The translations under genes and the position numbers were made by a program. Below, piece after piece: positions 28,883 through 40,800 of a stretch of 64,000 bases of DNA (position 1 is the first letter of the stretch; the number at the start of each line of letters is the position of its first letter). Source of the DNA: Scenedesmus sp. PABB004 (lineage: Eukaryota); NCBI GenBank assembly GCA_014905635.1, contig JABVCE010000011.1:868001-932000 (forward strand), in the 5' to 3' direction. The notes beneath the pieces were generated by a model that searched no databases, was not told the origin of the DNA, and was given only the letters and a program-made list of their open reading frames with translations.

Positions 28883-30025
28883 TCAGCCGGCCCGCGCGCC
28901 GCCGCCGCCGCCGCCGACGCAGCGGCTGCAGGCGACGAGGCCCGTGGGCAGGCGGAAGAAGACCGTGCCGCCGAGCAGCCGGCCGCAGCCGTTGCAGGTC
29001 GAGTCGTCGGTCAGCAGCACGCGCCCCGCGCGCAGCTCCACGAGCGCCGCGTGCGCGTCGAGGCGGTGCAGCCGCTGCAGCGACCTGGACCGGAGGGGGC
29101 GCGCGGGTCGCGCGTCACGCACCGCACCGGGCGGCGCGCGCGCAGCCCCGCAGCGGCCGCCCCGCCGCGAGCGCCCGCACCTGACGACCTGGCCCTGCCG
29201 CCGGCGGTGCTGCAGGCCGCTGAGCACGTAGCCGAGCAGCTCGCCGGCGAGGTGCAGCGGCATGCCCGGCGGCAGCGCCGCGAGCAGGCGCAGCGGGTCG
29301 AGCGACGCGCCCTCGGCCGCGAGCACGCGCGCCGCCGAGGCGTAGTCGGGGCGCGCCCAGTCCTCCTCCTGCGCCCGGGCGCCGCCGCCGCCGGCGGCCG
29401 GCGCCGGCGGCAGCCCGAACCCCGGCCCGAGGCCGGCCAGGCCGGCGGCGGGGTCGAGCATCAGCTCCAGCAGGCCCAGCCATGCCTCCTGGCTGCCCAG
29501 CGCGCGCGCGTACGCGATCGCGCCGCCCACGAGCCGCGGCGGCGCGAGCGCGAGCAGCGCGAGCGCCGCGCCGTGCTGCCCCGCGCGGCTGCGCAGCAGC
29601 GCCTGCTCCGCGTGCAGCGGCAGCGGCGCCGCGGCCGCGAGCACGGCCTGCGGCGCGCGGGGCGGCGGCGGGGGGCCGTGGTGCCGCGCCGCGCCAGGCC
29701 GCGGTCATCGCCGCCGCGGCGGCGCAGCGTGCTCGTCGCACCTCGGTGTCGTACAGCAGCGAGGCCTGCAGGTGGAACACGAGCAGGCAGCGCAGCAGCA
29801 GCACCTTGTCGAGCGCCGCCGCCTCGGCCCCGCCAGCGTCGCCATCGCCAGCGTCTGCGGGCGCCGATGCCGCCAAGTCGCCGTCGCCGTCGTCGGGCGG
29901 CAGCGGCCACGGGCCGAGGCCCGGCGGCAGGGGGCGCAGGCACTGCAGCTGCTCCGGCACGCCCTCGAGGCCCCACGGCTGCAGCTGCCCCACGCCCGCC
30001 CTGCCGCCGCCCGCCGCGCTGTGTG

Positions 30026-30108
<83 letters not shown>

Positions 30109-33032
30109 AGCAGCAGCTGCGCAATGTTTGACAGCGTTTTGCTGGGCCCCTGGCTGTGGCGGCCGGGCAGCCCGGGCAGCCCAGGCGGCGCCGTGCCCTG
30201 CCGCGACGGCTGGCGCGGGCCCAGAACAACTGGCATGCCCGCTAGCGCACCCAGGCTCCGCCGCTGCGGCTGCTGCTGTTGCTGCTGCAGCAGCTGCTGC
30301 TCAGCCCTTGCCGCCCCAGCCTGCAACTCTCTGCTGGCGCGGTGCGAGGTGCCAGCCAGGGACGCGGCCAGCGCCCCTGCCGAGGGCAGGCCGCCCACGA
30401 GGCTGGCGCTGTGCGAGCGCGACGGGCTCAGGGGCCCCTGCTGCGCCCCGGCGGCCGCGCCGCCCGCGCCGCTGTCCGCGGTGTTTGGCGCGAACGCGAT
30501 GGGCAGGCGCGGCGCCATGCTCGCCAGATCACGCGCGCCCACACGCGGCGCCGCGCCGCCGTCGCCCGGCGCGACGAGGCCGCGCAGCGCGGCGAGCAGC
30601 ACCGTCGCGAGCTGCGTGTGCAGCTCGGCGCTGGCGCTCTCGGCGTGGTGCACCAGGTGGAACAGGTACTGCCATGTCAGGTCGGGCGCCGCGCCCCCCA
30701 GCAGGCGGAGCACCGCCAGCGGCTCGGCGTCGCCGCGCGCCTCCAGCACCGCCAGGCTCGCGGCGGCGTCCCGCGACAGCAGCCAGCGCAGCGCGCCACC
30801 GCCGCCGCCGCCGTCGTGGCTGGCGCACATGATGAGCTCCAGCGGCACCACGCCCGGCCCCGCCGACATCGCCGCCGCCGCCGCCTCGACCGCCACCGCC
30901 GCGGCGTCGCCGGCCGCGTCGGCCACCGCGCCGCTGGCGCTCGGGGCTTCCTGCAGCTCGCCGGACGCGAGCGCCTGCGCGGCGCGGAGCGGGAGCGGGG
31001 GCGGGCCGCCGCGTGAGGCCCGGCGGCGTGCACCGGGCGCGCCCAGGCGCCACACCGGCAGGCAGCACCGCCAAACCCACCTGCCACGTCGCGAGCGCCT
31101 GCGCGGGCTGCCCCGCGTGCATCTGGTGCAGTGCCAGCGCGTGCCAGCGCCCCGCGGCGCGCAGCGCAGCGGCGGCTGCCGCTGCCGGCGCGGCCGCGCC
31201 ACCGGCCACGAGCGCCTCCACCGCCGCCGCGTCGCCGGTCTCGCAGAGCAGCTGCAGCAGCAGGGCGTCGACGCCGTCCGGGAGCGCCACCCGCGGCCGG
31301 CCGCGCGTGCGGCCGAGGTGCGCCGCGATCGCGGCCTTGCCGGCCGCCGCGAGCGCCTGCGCCTCGGCCGGGCTGGCCCACCCGCTCGCCGCGCTGCTCG
31401 CCAGGCTGCTGCTGCTGCCGCCGCCGGCGACCGCGCTGCCGGCGCGCGGCCGCGGCGCCGTGGCGGCGCGCAGCTCCAGCACGTCCGCCACGAGCTGCCC
31501 CAGCTCCGGCAGCTGGCCGCCGTGGAGGCCCCAGTAAGGCCGCGCCGGCACGCGGGGCAGCCACCTGCGCACGGCGCGCGCCGCCGCGCGGCGGTGGGTC
31601 GGCGGGGCGGACGAGGCCGGCGGGCGTGCCGCCCTCGCTCCGCGCCGCGCGTGCCAGCAAGCACCTCACCTCGCCGTGAGGGCTGGGAAGAGCCCGAACA
31701 GCTGGCACGGCTGCCACACCTCCAGCGGCAGGCCCTCCAGCACCGCCAGCCCGCGCTCCCACTCGCAGTCGAGCAGCAGCAGCAGCCCCGCCTGGGCGAG
31801 CGCCACCGCGCGCCAGCCTGGCGCCGCGCTGGCGCCCGGCTCGGGCGACGCCTCGCCCGGCGGCCGCGGCGACGGCGCGGCGCTGCGCGGCAGCTCGGCC
31901 GCCGCCCCCGCCGCAGCTGCCGCCGCGGCCGTGGGGCTGCTGACGCCGCTGCTGGTCGCCGCCAGCAGCTCCAGAGCCTGGTCGAAGCGCTTGCGCTTGA
32001 GCAGCTCGCGCACCTGCGGCGGCGGCGGCGGCGCGCTGTGCGCGGCGGGGCGGCGGGGCAGCACCGCCGCCGCGCGCGCCGCGAGTGCCGCCCCCCACCT
32101 GCTGCTCCACGGGGATGGGCTCCAGCCGCAGCACCTGGCCGCTCGCCGCGAGCACGACGCAGCGCCCCGCCGCGTCCGCGGCCGCGGGCAGGCGGCCGCT
32201 GAGCGCGACGTGCGCGTCGTCGTGGGCAAAGTCAATGACCTGAACCTCCGCCGCGCTCGTCCGGTCATACACGTGCACGCCGTCGTCGCAGAGGGCCACC
32301 ACAAACAGCCCCGCCGCCGCGAGCGCGAGCGGCGGCAGCGGCAGCTGCAGCGGCGCGCGGACCGCGGCGCCTGCGCACGCGCGAGGCGGCGGGGCGGCGG
32401 GGGAGAGGGGCGTGCGCCGTGAGGTCGAGCGGCTGCTGCGACGCGGCCGCTGCTACGCGAGCCCACGCCGCACACGCCCGCCCGCCCCACACACGCACCC
32501 GAGCCGTCTGCGATCAGCACCATGTTCTCCTCCCACAGCATAAGCGCCAGCCCCAGCTCCGGCAGGCTGCCCAGGCGCGGCGTGATGGCCGTCAGGTGGT
32601 CCGCCAGCACCGACAGCTGCCAGCCGCCCGCCGCCGCGGGCGGCGCCGCGCCGCCGCCGCCGCCGGGCGGCGGCGCCGGCGCCAGCGCGAGGTAGCCGCC
32701 CGGCACCGCCGCCAGCAGCGAGCGCCCCGCCCAGGCGAGGTCGAGCACGGGCGCCGGCACCGGGACCTGCGCGACGAGCACCGCGGGCTGGTGCGCCGCC
32801 GTGACGTTGGCGCCGGGGAGGACGCTGAAGAGCAGCAGCCGGCTGCGCCCCTTGCCCGCGCGCACGGCCGCGGCGAGCAGCACGGGCAGGTGCGCCGCGG
32901 GCTGCGCCGCCAGCGCGACCGCGCCGCGCGCCGCGGGCAGCGGCGCGATCGCAAACGTGTCGAGCGCGACGAGCGACACCTGCGCCGCGGGGGCGGCGCG
33001 CGCCGCCGTTGGTCTGTGCGCCGCGCACGCGC

Positions 33033-33071
<39 letters not shown>

Positions 33072-33411
33072 CGGGCGCCCCGCCCTGCCGCGCTGCTGCG
33101 CCGCGCCGCGCCGCGCACACCTGGCCGTCGTCCGACAGCGCCGCGAGGCGCGCCGCGCCCTCCGCCGCCGCGATGTCGGACAGCGCCTGCCGCGCAAACA
33201 CGCGCTTCTCCGCCACCAGGCGCAGGCCGCCGCCGCTGCCCGCGGGCGCGCAGGCGTGCTCCTCCAGCACGCCGCTGTCCAGGCCCAGGAACACGCGCGC
33301 GCCGCCGCCGAGCACGGCCACCGCGGTCACGCGCCGCCCGTCGCGCTGCACGGCGACGACGCCGAGCGTGAACGCCGTGCGCGCGCCGTCGACCTCCGCC
33401 TGCTGCGCCAT
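28883..33411 (-). CDS. Vps39/Vps3 (TGFBRAP1)-like CORVET/HOPS subunit, multi-exon
   Basis: CNH-like N-terminal beta region, IPVEQQ-VRELLKRKRFDQAL, YLFHLV...LHTQLA, and C-terminal VLLTDDSTCNGCGRLLGGTVFFRLPTG..CSRC zinc-finger-like tail. Confidence 0.75.
30027..30107 (-). repeat. Pure (CAG)27 tract encoding polyglutamine
   Basis: Uninterrupted CTG repeat on the + strand, in frame in a long exon. Confidence 0.9.
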
Positions 33412-33880
33412 GCTGCGGTGGCGGGGACCCGCCTGCGTGCTGCTCACGGCAGCAGCGGCGGCGGCGCGATCGCCATCGGCAGCCCTGCGCCGACCGCCGA
33501 CAGCGGCGCGTGCAGGGGCGGCGGTTGTCGCTGCTGCTGCTGCTGCTTCTGCTGCGGCCCGAGCGCGGTCGTGGACGGGCGTCGCGGGAGTGGCGGGCCT
33601 GCGCGGGCTGGCGGCGAACGGGACCGCCCTCCGGCGCGCAGGGCTCACGGTTTGCTGCTCGACCGCCTCCCGCGCTCCCGGCACGAGCTGAGGCTGGGAG
33701 CCCGCGCGAAGCGGTCCCCCACCCACCACCAGCGCCCCCCAGGACGCACCCTCGCACCAGCCCGACCGCCACGGCGCGAGCAGCAGAGACCTGCTGCTGC
33801 GGCCTCGCCCCACGCCTCGTCAAGCCCGCTTGCCGGCCGCCCGCCTCTCCTGCGCGTCGGCCTTCTCCCAGGCACCCACC

Positions 33881-36800
33881 ATGCAGGCGGCCCTGCGCCG
33901 TGGCGCCGGCGTGCGCGGCAGCGGCAGCGGCGCTCGCTGCTGCCGCCGCGCGTCGCTCCCCCGCCGAGCGCCGCCGCCTGGGCGGCGCGCCCGGCTGGAC
34001 GTGCGCGCCAACTACGACACCTTCAGCAGCGAGTGCGCGCCCGCAGGCGCCCGCAGGCGCAGCGCCCGCCTGCGCCTGCGCCGCCGCCCACGCCCACGCC
34101 GCCTGCGCCGTGCGCGCCGCACGTGCACGTCGCCGCAGCCTGCTGGGCCCGCACTTTCACAACCGCGCGGGCATCAGCGAGGAGGTGATGCAGGGGCTCA
34201 TCGAGCTGCCGGGCACGACGGGCCTGCCCGAGCTGCGCTCGCGCGCCGAGGCGCTGACGACGTGGAAGCTCGCGCTGCAGCGCGGGTGCGCGCCCGCGCC
34301 CGCGGCCGCAGCAGCCGCGTGCCGCGCCGTTGCCCGCACCCGCGGCCGAGCCCGCGCTGCCGCCGCCGCCGCCATCGCCGCCGTCTGCAGCGTGCTGCCC
34401 GACCCAGCCGACGTGGAGTGGCCGGTCGAGCCGTTCAAAACAAAGTTCATCGTGCGCACGCCGCCGCGCGGCGGGCGGCCCCGGGACAGCAGGCGGGCCG
34501 GCGGCGCGCCGCTCGCGCGCCGCGCGCCACGCTCACGCGCCGCGCGCCGCCGGGGCGGCGGGTCGCAGGACGCGCTGCGCGGGCTGGAGATGGCGCGGTT
34601 CACGCGGCGCTACCCGGTGGTGCTTGAGACGCTGATGAAGCAGATGCTGGGCCTGGTGCACGTGAGCTGGGCTGGCTGGCTCTGACTCTGGGGCGCTGCT
34701 GGGTGGCTGCTGCGCGACTGTGTGCGCGGGACTGCGTGTGTAGAGAAGGGCGGATGCGAGGGGCGGCAGCAGCGCGCGCGCACGTTGCGGCCGGCGCGGT
34801 GCGAGGCGCTGCGCGCGCGCGCCGCCGCCGACGGGCCGCCGCCGCCGCCGCCGGTGCTGCTGCCCGGCCGCAGGACTTTGAGACGAAGCTGCTCGAGGCG
34901 GAGTCCAAGCGGCAGCAGCAGCAGCAGCGCCCGCCGCCGCAGGCGCAGCGCAGCCCGCACGGCCAGGAGCAGCAGGAGCAGCAGGAGCAGCAGGGCGACG
35001 AGGAGGGCGAGCAGGAGGGGCAGCCGGGGGGCATGACGGAGCAGCAGACGGACCAGATGACCCAAGAGGAGATGGAGGAGGTGCGGCGGCGGTGGTGGGG
35101 GCCGCCGCAAAGCGGCCGCGCGCGGCGGGGCGGCGCGCGGCGCGTGTGCTGTGTAGTCGGTCGTGTGATCCTCGCGGTCGCACACGCCGCGCGCCGCCGC
35201 GCCGCGCCGCGCCGCGCGGCCGCTCCGCGCGTGTGCTGCGTGGTCGGCGTGTGTGCCGCGTCGTCGGACTGTGCGGCCGCAAGCGCGCACAGTCTGACCG
35301 CGTCGCCGGACTGCCTGACCGCGTCGTCAGACTGTGCGCGCTTGCGGCCGCACAGTCCGACGACGCGGCACGCGCGCCGCTGCGCCCGCGCGTGTCGCGG
35401 GCGCGGCGCAGGCCGCCGCTGCGTCGTGCGCCCGGCCCGGCGCAGCGCGCGCCCTGACGCCGCTGCGGCGCCGTCCACAGGCGCTCAAGGAGTCGATGGC
35501 GCAGGCGGGGCAGGCGGGGCAGGCGGGCAAGCAGATCCAGATCACGTTGGAGGAGATGGAGGGCGGCCAGGCCGGCAAGGCGGGGGAGTGAGTGGCGCTG
35601 GCGCCCGGCCGGCACGGCGGCCGCCGCGCAGCGAGCGCGCTGCTGCCTCTCCCCCCTCCCCCTCCCGACCCGCCCCCTGCACGCGCGCCCGCGCCCACGC
35701 CCCGTCGCTGGCAGCGAGCAAAGCGATCAGGACGCGGACGACGCGATGGCTGCGGAGGTCGAGGCGGCGGCGGAGCAGATCGTGGCGCAGTTTGAGCAGG
35801 GCATGGCGGCGGTGATGGACAACCTGGAGAAGGCGCAGCTCGCCTTCGACGACCTCTCAGGTGCTGCACGGCGGCGGCGGCAGCGGGGCCCGCCCCCTGC
35901 GCCGCGCCGCACGCCGCCGCGCCGCCGCGCGCCACGCCGCCCCCGCACGCTCACGCCCGGCGCCGCCGCCCCACGCCGCAGAGCTGCTGGAGGGCCAGGA
36001 GGGCTTCGCGCTGTCGCAGGGCACGTGGCAGCGCGACGGCTGGCGGGAGCTGGACGACCTGCGCAAGAAGCTGGAGAGCCTCAAGGAGCTGCGCGACCTC
36101 GTGCGCAGCCTCGGCCGCTCAGGCGGCAAGGGCCCGCTGCGTCGCGCGCCCGAGGAGGTGCGCTGCCGCCGCCGCAGCCGCCGCCGTCGCTGCCGCTGCC
36201 GCCGCCGCCGGCGCGCGGCCTGGCTTCCCGCCAGCGCGCTGCCCGCCGCACGCCCCCCCCCCTTCGCTCACGGCCGGCCGCGCGCCGCTCGCGGTCCAGC
36301 TCGAGGCGGCGCGCTTCCCGCCGGGCGTCGTGCGGTCGCCGCTGCAGCCCGAGGAGGTGCGCGGCCTCGCGCGCAGCGGCGACCTCAGCCGCATGCTGCC
36401 CAGCGAGATGGCGCTGCTCGCGCACGGCTGGCCGCGCAAGGGCGTGCCGCGCCCGGGCAGCGCCGGCGACGCCGGCGGCGGCGGCGGCGTGGCGACGCAG
36501 CAGCAGGAGCAGCAGCAGCAGCAGCAGGAGCAGCAGCAGCAGCAGCAGGAGCAGCAGGGAGCGCAGCTGGATGAGGCCGAGTATTACTTGCCAGGTGGGG
36601 CGGGGCGGGCGCTGCTGACGTGGCATCCCGCACGCGCGGCGCGCTACGGCGGCGGGGGCCGCCCGGGCGCCGCCGCCGTCGTGCTGACGTCCCCCTCGCT
36701 CTCACTCCGTGCGCAGGCGCGCACGCGGCGCGCATGCTGCACCGCGTGCGCCGAGCGGAGCGCATGCTGCTGAGCTACGAGCGCTGCGGCTGGCTCGACG

Positions 36801-37793
36801 ACACGCCCAGCCGCCTCACCGGCCGCCAGGTGCGGCGGCGCCGCAGCCCCGCCTCCGCTACCCACGCGCGTGCTCGCCCGCGCGCCGCGCCGTGCCGCCG
36901 CGCGCGCCGCGCCGCGCCGCCGCCCGCACCCCACTTCGCGCGCGCGCACGCACAACCCCGCCGCCGCCGCCGCTGCACCGCGCTTGCAGGAGATCCGCCC
37001 CGCCGCGGAGATGGGTCCGATCATCCTCTGCCTCGACACCAGCGGCAGCATGCGCGGCGCGCGCGAGGTCGTGGCAAAGGCGCTCGCGCTCGAGTGCATG
37101 CGCGGCGCGCACCGCCAGCAGCGGCCCTGCTACCTCTACGCATTCAGCGGCCCCGGTGCGCGCACGCGCGCGCCCGCCCCACCACCGCCGCCCGTCCCGC
37201 CGCCGCCCGTCCCGCGCCCCGCGCGCTGCGGTGCCTCCACACGCCGCACGCCGACGCCGCCGCCCGCCGCGCCGCGGCGCCGCTGGCTTGGTGGCGCCGC
37301 GTCGCACAGACCAAGTGCAGGAGCTCGAGCTGAGCGTCGACCTGGGCAGCCTGGACAAGCTGCTGGAGTTTCTGTCCTGCAGCTTCATGGGCGGCACCGA
37401 CGTGGACCGCCCGCTGCAGCTCAGCCTCGAGCGCCTGCAGAAGGCCGAGTGGCAGCAGGCGCGGCGGCGGCCGCGGCGCGCGCGCGCGGCCGGGGCTGTC
37501 GGACGCGGCGCTGCGCGTGCGGTGCGCAGCCGCCGCGGGCGCGCCCGCATGTGCACCACGCCCGCCCGGTTGCGCGCGCGCAGGCCGACATCCTGATGGT
37601 CACGGACGGCGAGGTCGCGCCGCCGAGCGAGGCGCTGCTGGAGGCGATCGCGGCGGCGCACGAGGACCTCGGCCTGGAGGTGCACGGCCTGCTGGTGTCG
37701 AGCCAGGTCAGCGAGAGCATGCGGGCCCTGTGCACGCACCTGCACGTGTTCAAGTCGTGGTCCGCCGTCGGCGGCGAGAGCTGGAACTACTGA
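33881..37793 (+). CDS. ViaA/YieM-like von Willebrand A domain protein with putative organellar transit peptide, multi-exon
   Basis: LVRSLGR, SGDLSRMLPSE, GPIILCLDTSGSMRG (MIDAS DxSxS), FMGGTD and ADILMVTDGE. The R/A/S-rich N-terminus ends in DVRA. Confidence 0.8.
35253..35371. repeat. Perfect 46-bp inverted repeat with 27-nt spacer, intronic
   Basis: 35253-35298 is the exact reverse complement of 35326-35371. Confidence 0.9.
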
Positions 37794-37863
37794 GCGCGGC
37801 GCGGGGGCGCGGCGCCATCGCCGCGTGACGCGGCGGGCGGCCGCGGGCTGCTGTTGCAACGCG

Positions 37864-40800
37864 TCAGCACGCCGCGACAGCGCCGTTCTCGCCGCTCCCC
37901 GCGCCCGCGCCCCCGGCGCCCGCGCCGCCGGGCAGCCAGGCCGCCGCCGCCGCCGCGTGCGCCGCGATGCGCCCCAGCTCCTCGTGCAGCGCGGGGCAGC
38001 TGTCCTGCAGCCCCCGCAGCGCCGCCGCGAGCCGCGCCTGCTTGTCCGCCGTGCGCGAGAGCTCGTCGGCCAGCGCCGCGCCGCCTGGCGCGCCCTCGCC
38101 GCCGCGCTTGTGGCGCCCCGCCGCCACGTCCTCCAGCGCCTTGGCCATGCGCTGCAGCTGCGTGGTGGACAGCAGAACGGTGTGCCTGCGCGACGGCGGC
38201 GGGAGGTGGGGCCGGGCGGCGCGCCAGTGGCGTCGCCCCCGCCCTCGCCCTGGCCCTCGCCCCACGCACCTCGCCGCCGCGGCGCGCGCTGCGCCGTCGC
38301 GCAGCTCCGCCTGCTGCGCCGCGAGCGCCGCAAACGCGTCCGCCGCGCCGCTGCGCGCCGCCTCTGCCGCGCCGCGCGCCTCCTGCAGCGCCGCCAGCCG
38401 GCTGGCCGTCGCGGCGGCCTCCGCGTCGGTCTCCCGGATGCTGCGCCGGAACTCGGCCAGCTGCCGCGCCGCGGTCGCCTGGCTCGCGGCTGCGTTGGGG
38501 CTCGGCGAGCGGGAGCTGCCGCCGCTGCGCGCCGCGGGCGAGGAGCGGCCGGAGCTGCTGCGGCTGCTGCTGGCGCTGGGGCTGAACCGGCTGCGCGCGG
38601 CGAGGGCCTTGACGCCGATGATCTCGTGCTTGCTCAGCGCGCGCTCCAGCTCCTGCGGCGGCGAGGCCGGCCAGTGCTCAGCACGCAGCGCTCAGCGCGC
38701 AGCGCGCAGCGCGCAGCGGCCAGCGCTCAGCGGCCAGCGCTCAGCGTGCAGCGACCAGCGTGTGCGCGCGGTGTTTGTCAGACAGGCACCTGCATGAGCC
38801 GCTCCTGCGTGCGCAGCAGGTCGGCGTGGCGCAGCTCCATGCGGTGCACCTCGCGCTTCATCGCGGCGACGACGCCCTCGCCCACGGTGGGGTCCAGCAC
38901 CTCCTGCGGCCGCGCTCCGGCCGCCGGGTCAGCTGCCAGCGCGCAAGGCCGTGCCTGCTGGACGGGCGGGCGGCCAGCCCGCATCTCCTTGGCGCATGCT
39001 GCCTCGGCGCGCCTGCATCTCCTTCTCCAGCTGAATCTTGCGCTCCGCCAGCATGATCTGGCGCTCCGCCTCGAGCAGGTCGTCCAGCAGGCAGCGCTTC
39101 GTGTGCTGCGCCTCCTGGATCGCGCCCGCCAGGCCCGCCGACGACTCCTCCAGCGCGCGCAGCTCGCTCAGCGCGCGGCCCTGCGGCGGGCACGGGCGCA
39201 GCGTGCGTGCTCCCCGCCTCCAGCGCCCTACGCGCCGCTTGCCGCTCGTCGACCGGCGCCCCCCCCCCCCCCCGGCGCGCACCTCGATCTGCAGCTGCTC
39301 CTCCTCCAGCGCCGCCTTGAGCCCCGTGTGCTGCGCGATGAGGGCGTTGATGCGCCCCAGGTCGACCTGCAGGCGCGCCGCCGCCGCGCGCAGGCCGCGC
39401 GCCTCGGCCTCGGCGCCCGCGAGCGCGCGCTCCGCGCGGGCGCGCTTCTGGGTCAGCACTGTGACCTCCGCCCTGTGCCGCGCGAGCGTCTCCGCCAGCG
39501 CCGCGTTCTCGGCCTGGCGCGGGGGGCGGCGGCAGCACGCGGGGCGGGCGTGGGCGGCGCGCGCACGGCTGCCAAGGCCGCAGCCGCGCCCGCGCCCACG
39601 GCCGTCGCCGCGCCTGCAGCGTCACGAGCTCCGTCTGGCGCGCGATCCAGCGGCGCTGCAGCTCCTGGCCCTCGCGGCCCTTGGCCTCGATGTCGCGGCC
39701 CAGGTTGTGGATGGTCGCCTCGAGCGGGCCGGTGTTGATCGCCTCTGCGCACGCCGCACGCCCCGTGCGCGTGAGCGCGCAGGCCCCTCGCCCCTGGCTC
39801 GCGCCATGATGCGCGGCGCCCGCCCCGCCCGGGTGCGGCCGCACGCACCCGGCTGCGCTGCGACGAGGCGCTCGAGCTTGCGGTTGAGGCCGTCCGCCTC
39901 GCGCGTCTTGCGCTCGATCTCGTCGGCGCGGCGCTTCAGCTCCACCTCGCACTTGGCGATCGCCGCGTCCTGCGGGAGGGAAGGAAAGGCGGGCGCGGCG
40001 CCGGGTGGCGCGCCGCCACGCCGCGTGCAGCCCGCTGAGCCCTGCGCCGCCGCACGCTCGCGTGGTGCCCCCCCCTTCCCACCCCCCACCCACAAACACA
40101 CCCACCTTGTCCTTGAGCTCGCCGTCCAGCAGCTCCAGCGCCGCCGACAAGCGCTCGTTGTGGGCGGCCGTGTGCAGCGCGTCGACGGCGAGGCGCGCGA
40201 GCTCGTTCTGCACGCCCGCGATGCGCAGCTCCTCGTCCTCGGCCGCGGCGCGCAGCGACCGCACGTCGGCCGCCGTCTTGGCGCTCGACGCCTCGGCGCT
40301 CGTCTGCTCGCTCAGCGTGCGCAGCACGTCGCCCTGCAGCGTGCGCAGCTCGGCAAAGACGCGCTGTGTCGCGCGCTCCACCGCGTCCGCCTCGGACGCC
40401 GACGCCTGCGGCGGGGGCGGCGGCCCCGGTGCGGGGGGCGGTCAGCGGGGGGCCACACAGCCTGGTCGGCTGGGCCAGCTGGGCAAACCACGAGCCTCAG
40501 GGCCGCCCCTTCACCGGGCCGGCCGCGCCGCACCTTGCCCTCCAGTGCCCCGCGCTTGGCTTCATCCTCCGTCGACTCCAGGCTGGCCACGAGTTTGGCC
40601 AGCTGCGCCTGCAGCCGCGCCGTCTTCTCGACTGCCGCAGCGGCCTGCTTGCCCGCAAACTCCGCCTCGCCCTTCACGCGGCGCACCACGCCGCCCAGCT
40701 GCTCGCCGCGCGCCTGCGCGCCAGCGGGGCGGGGGTCACCTCCCGTCGGCGGGGGCACCTCCCAGTGGCGGCCCTCGCGCCGCGCCCTTGGGCGCCCTGC

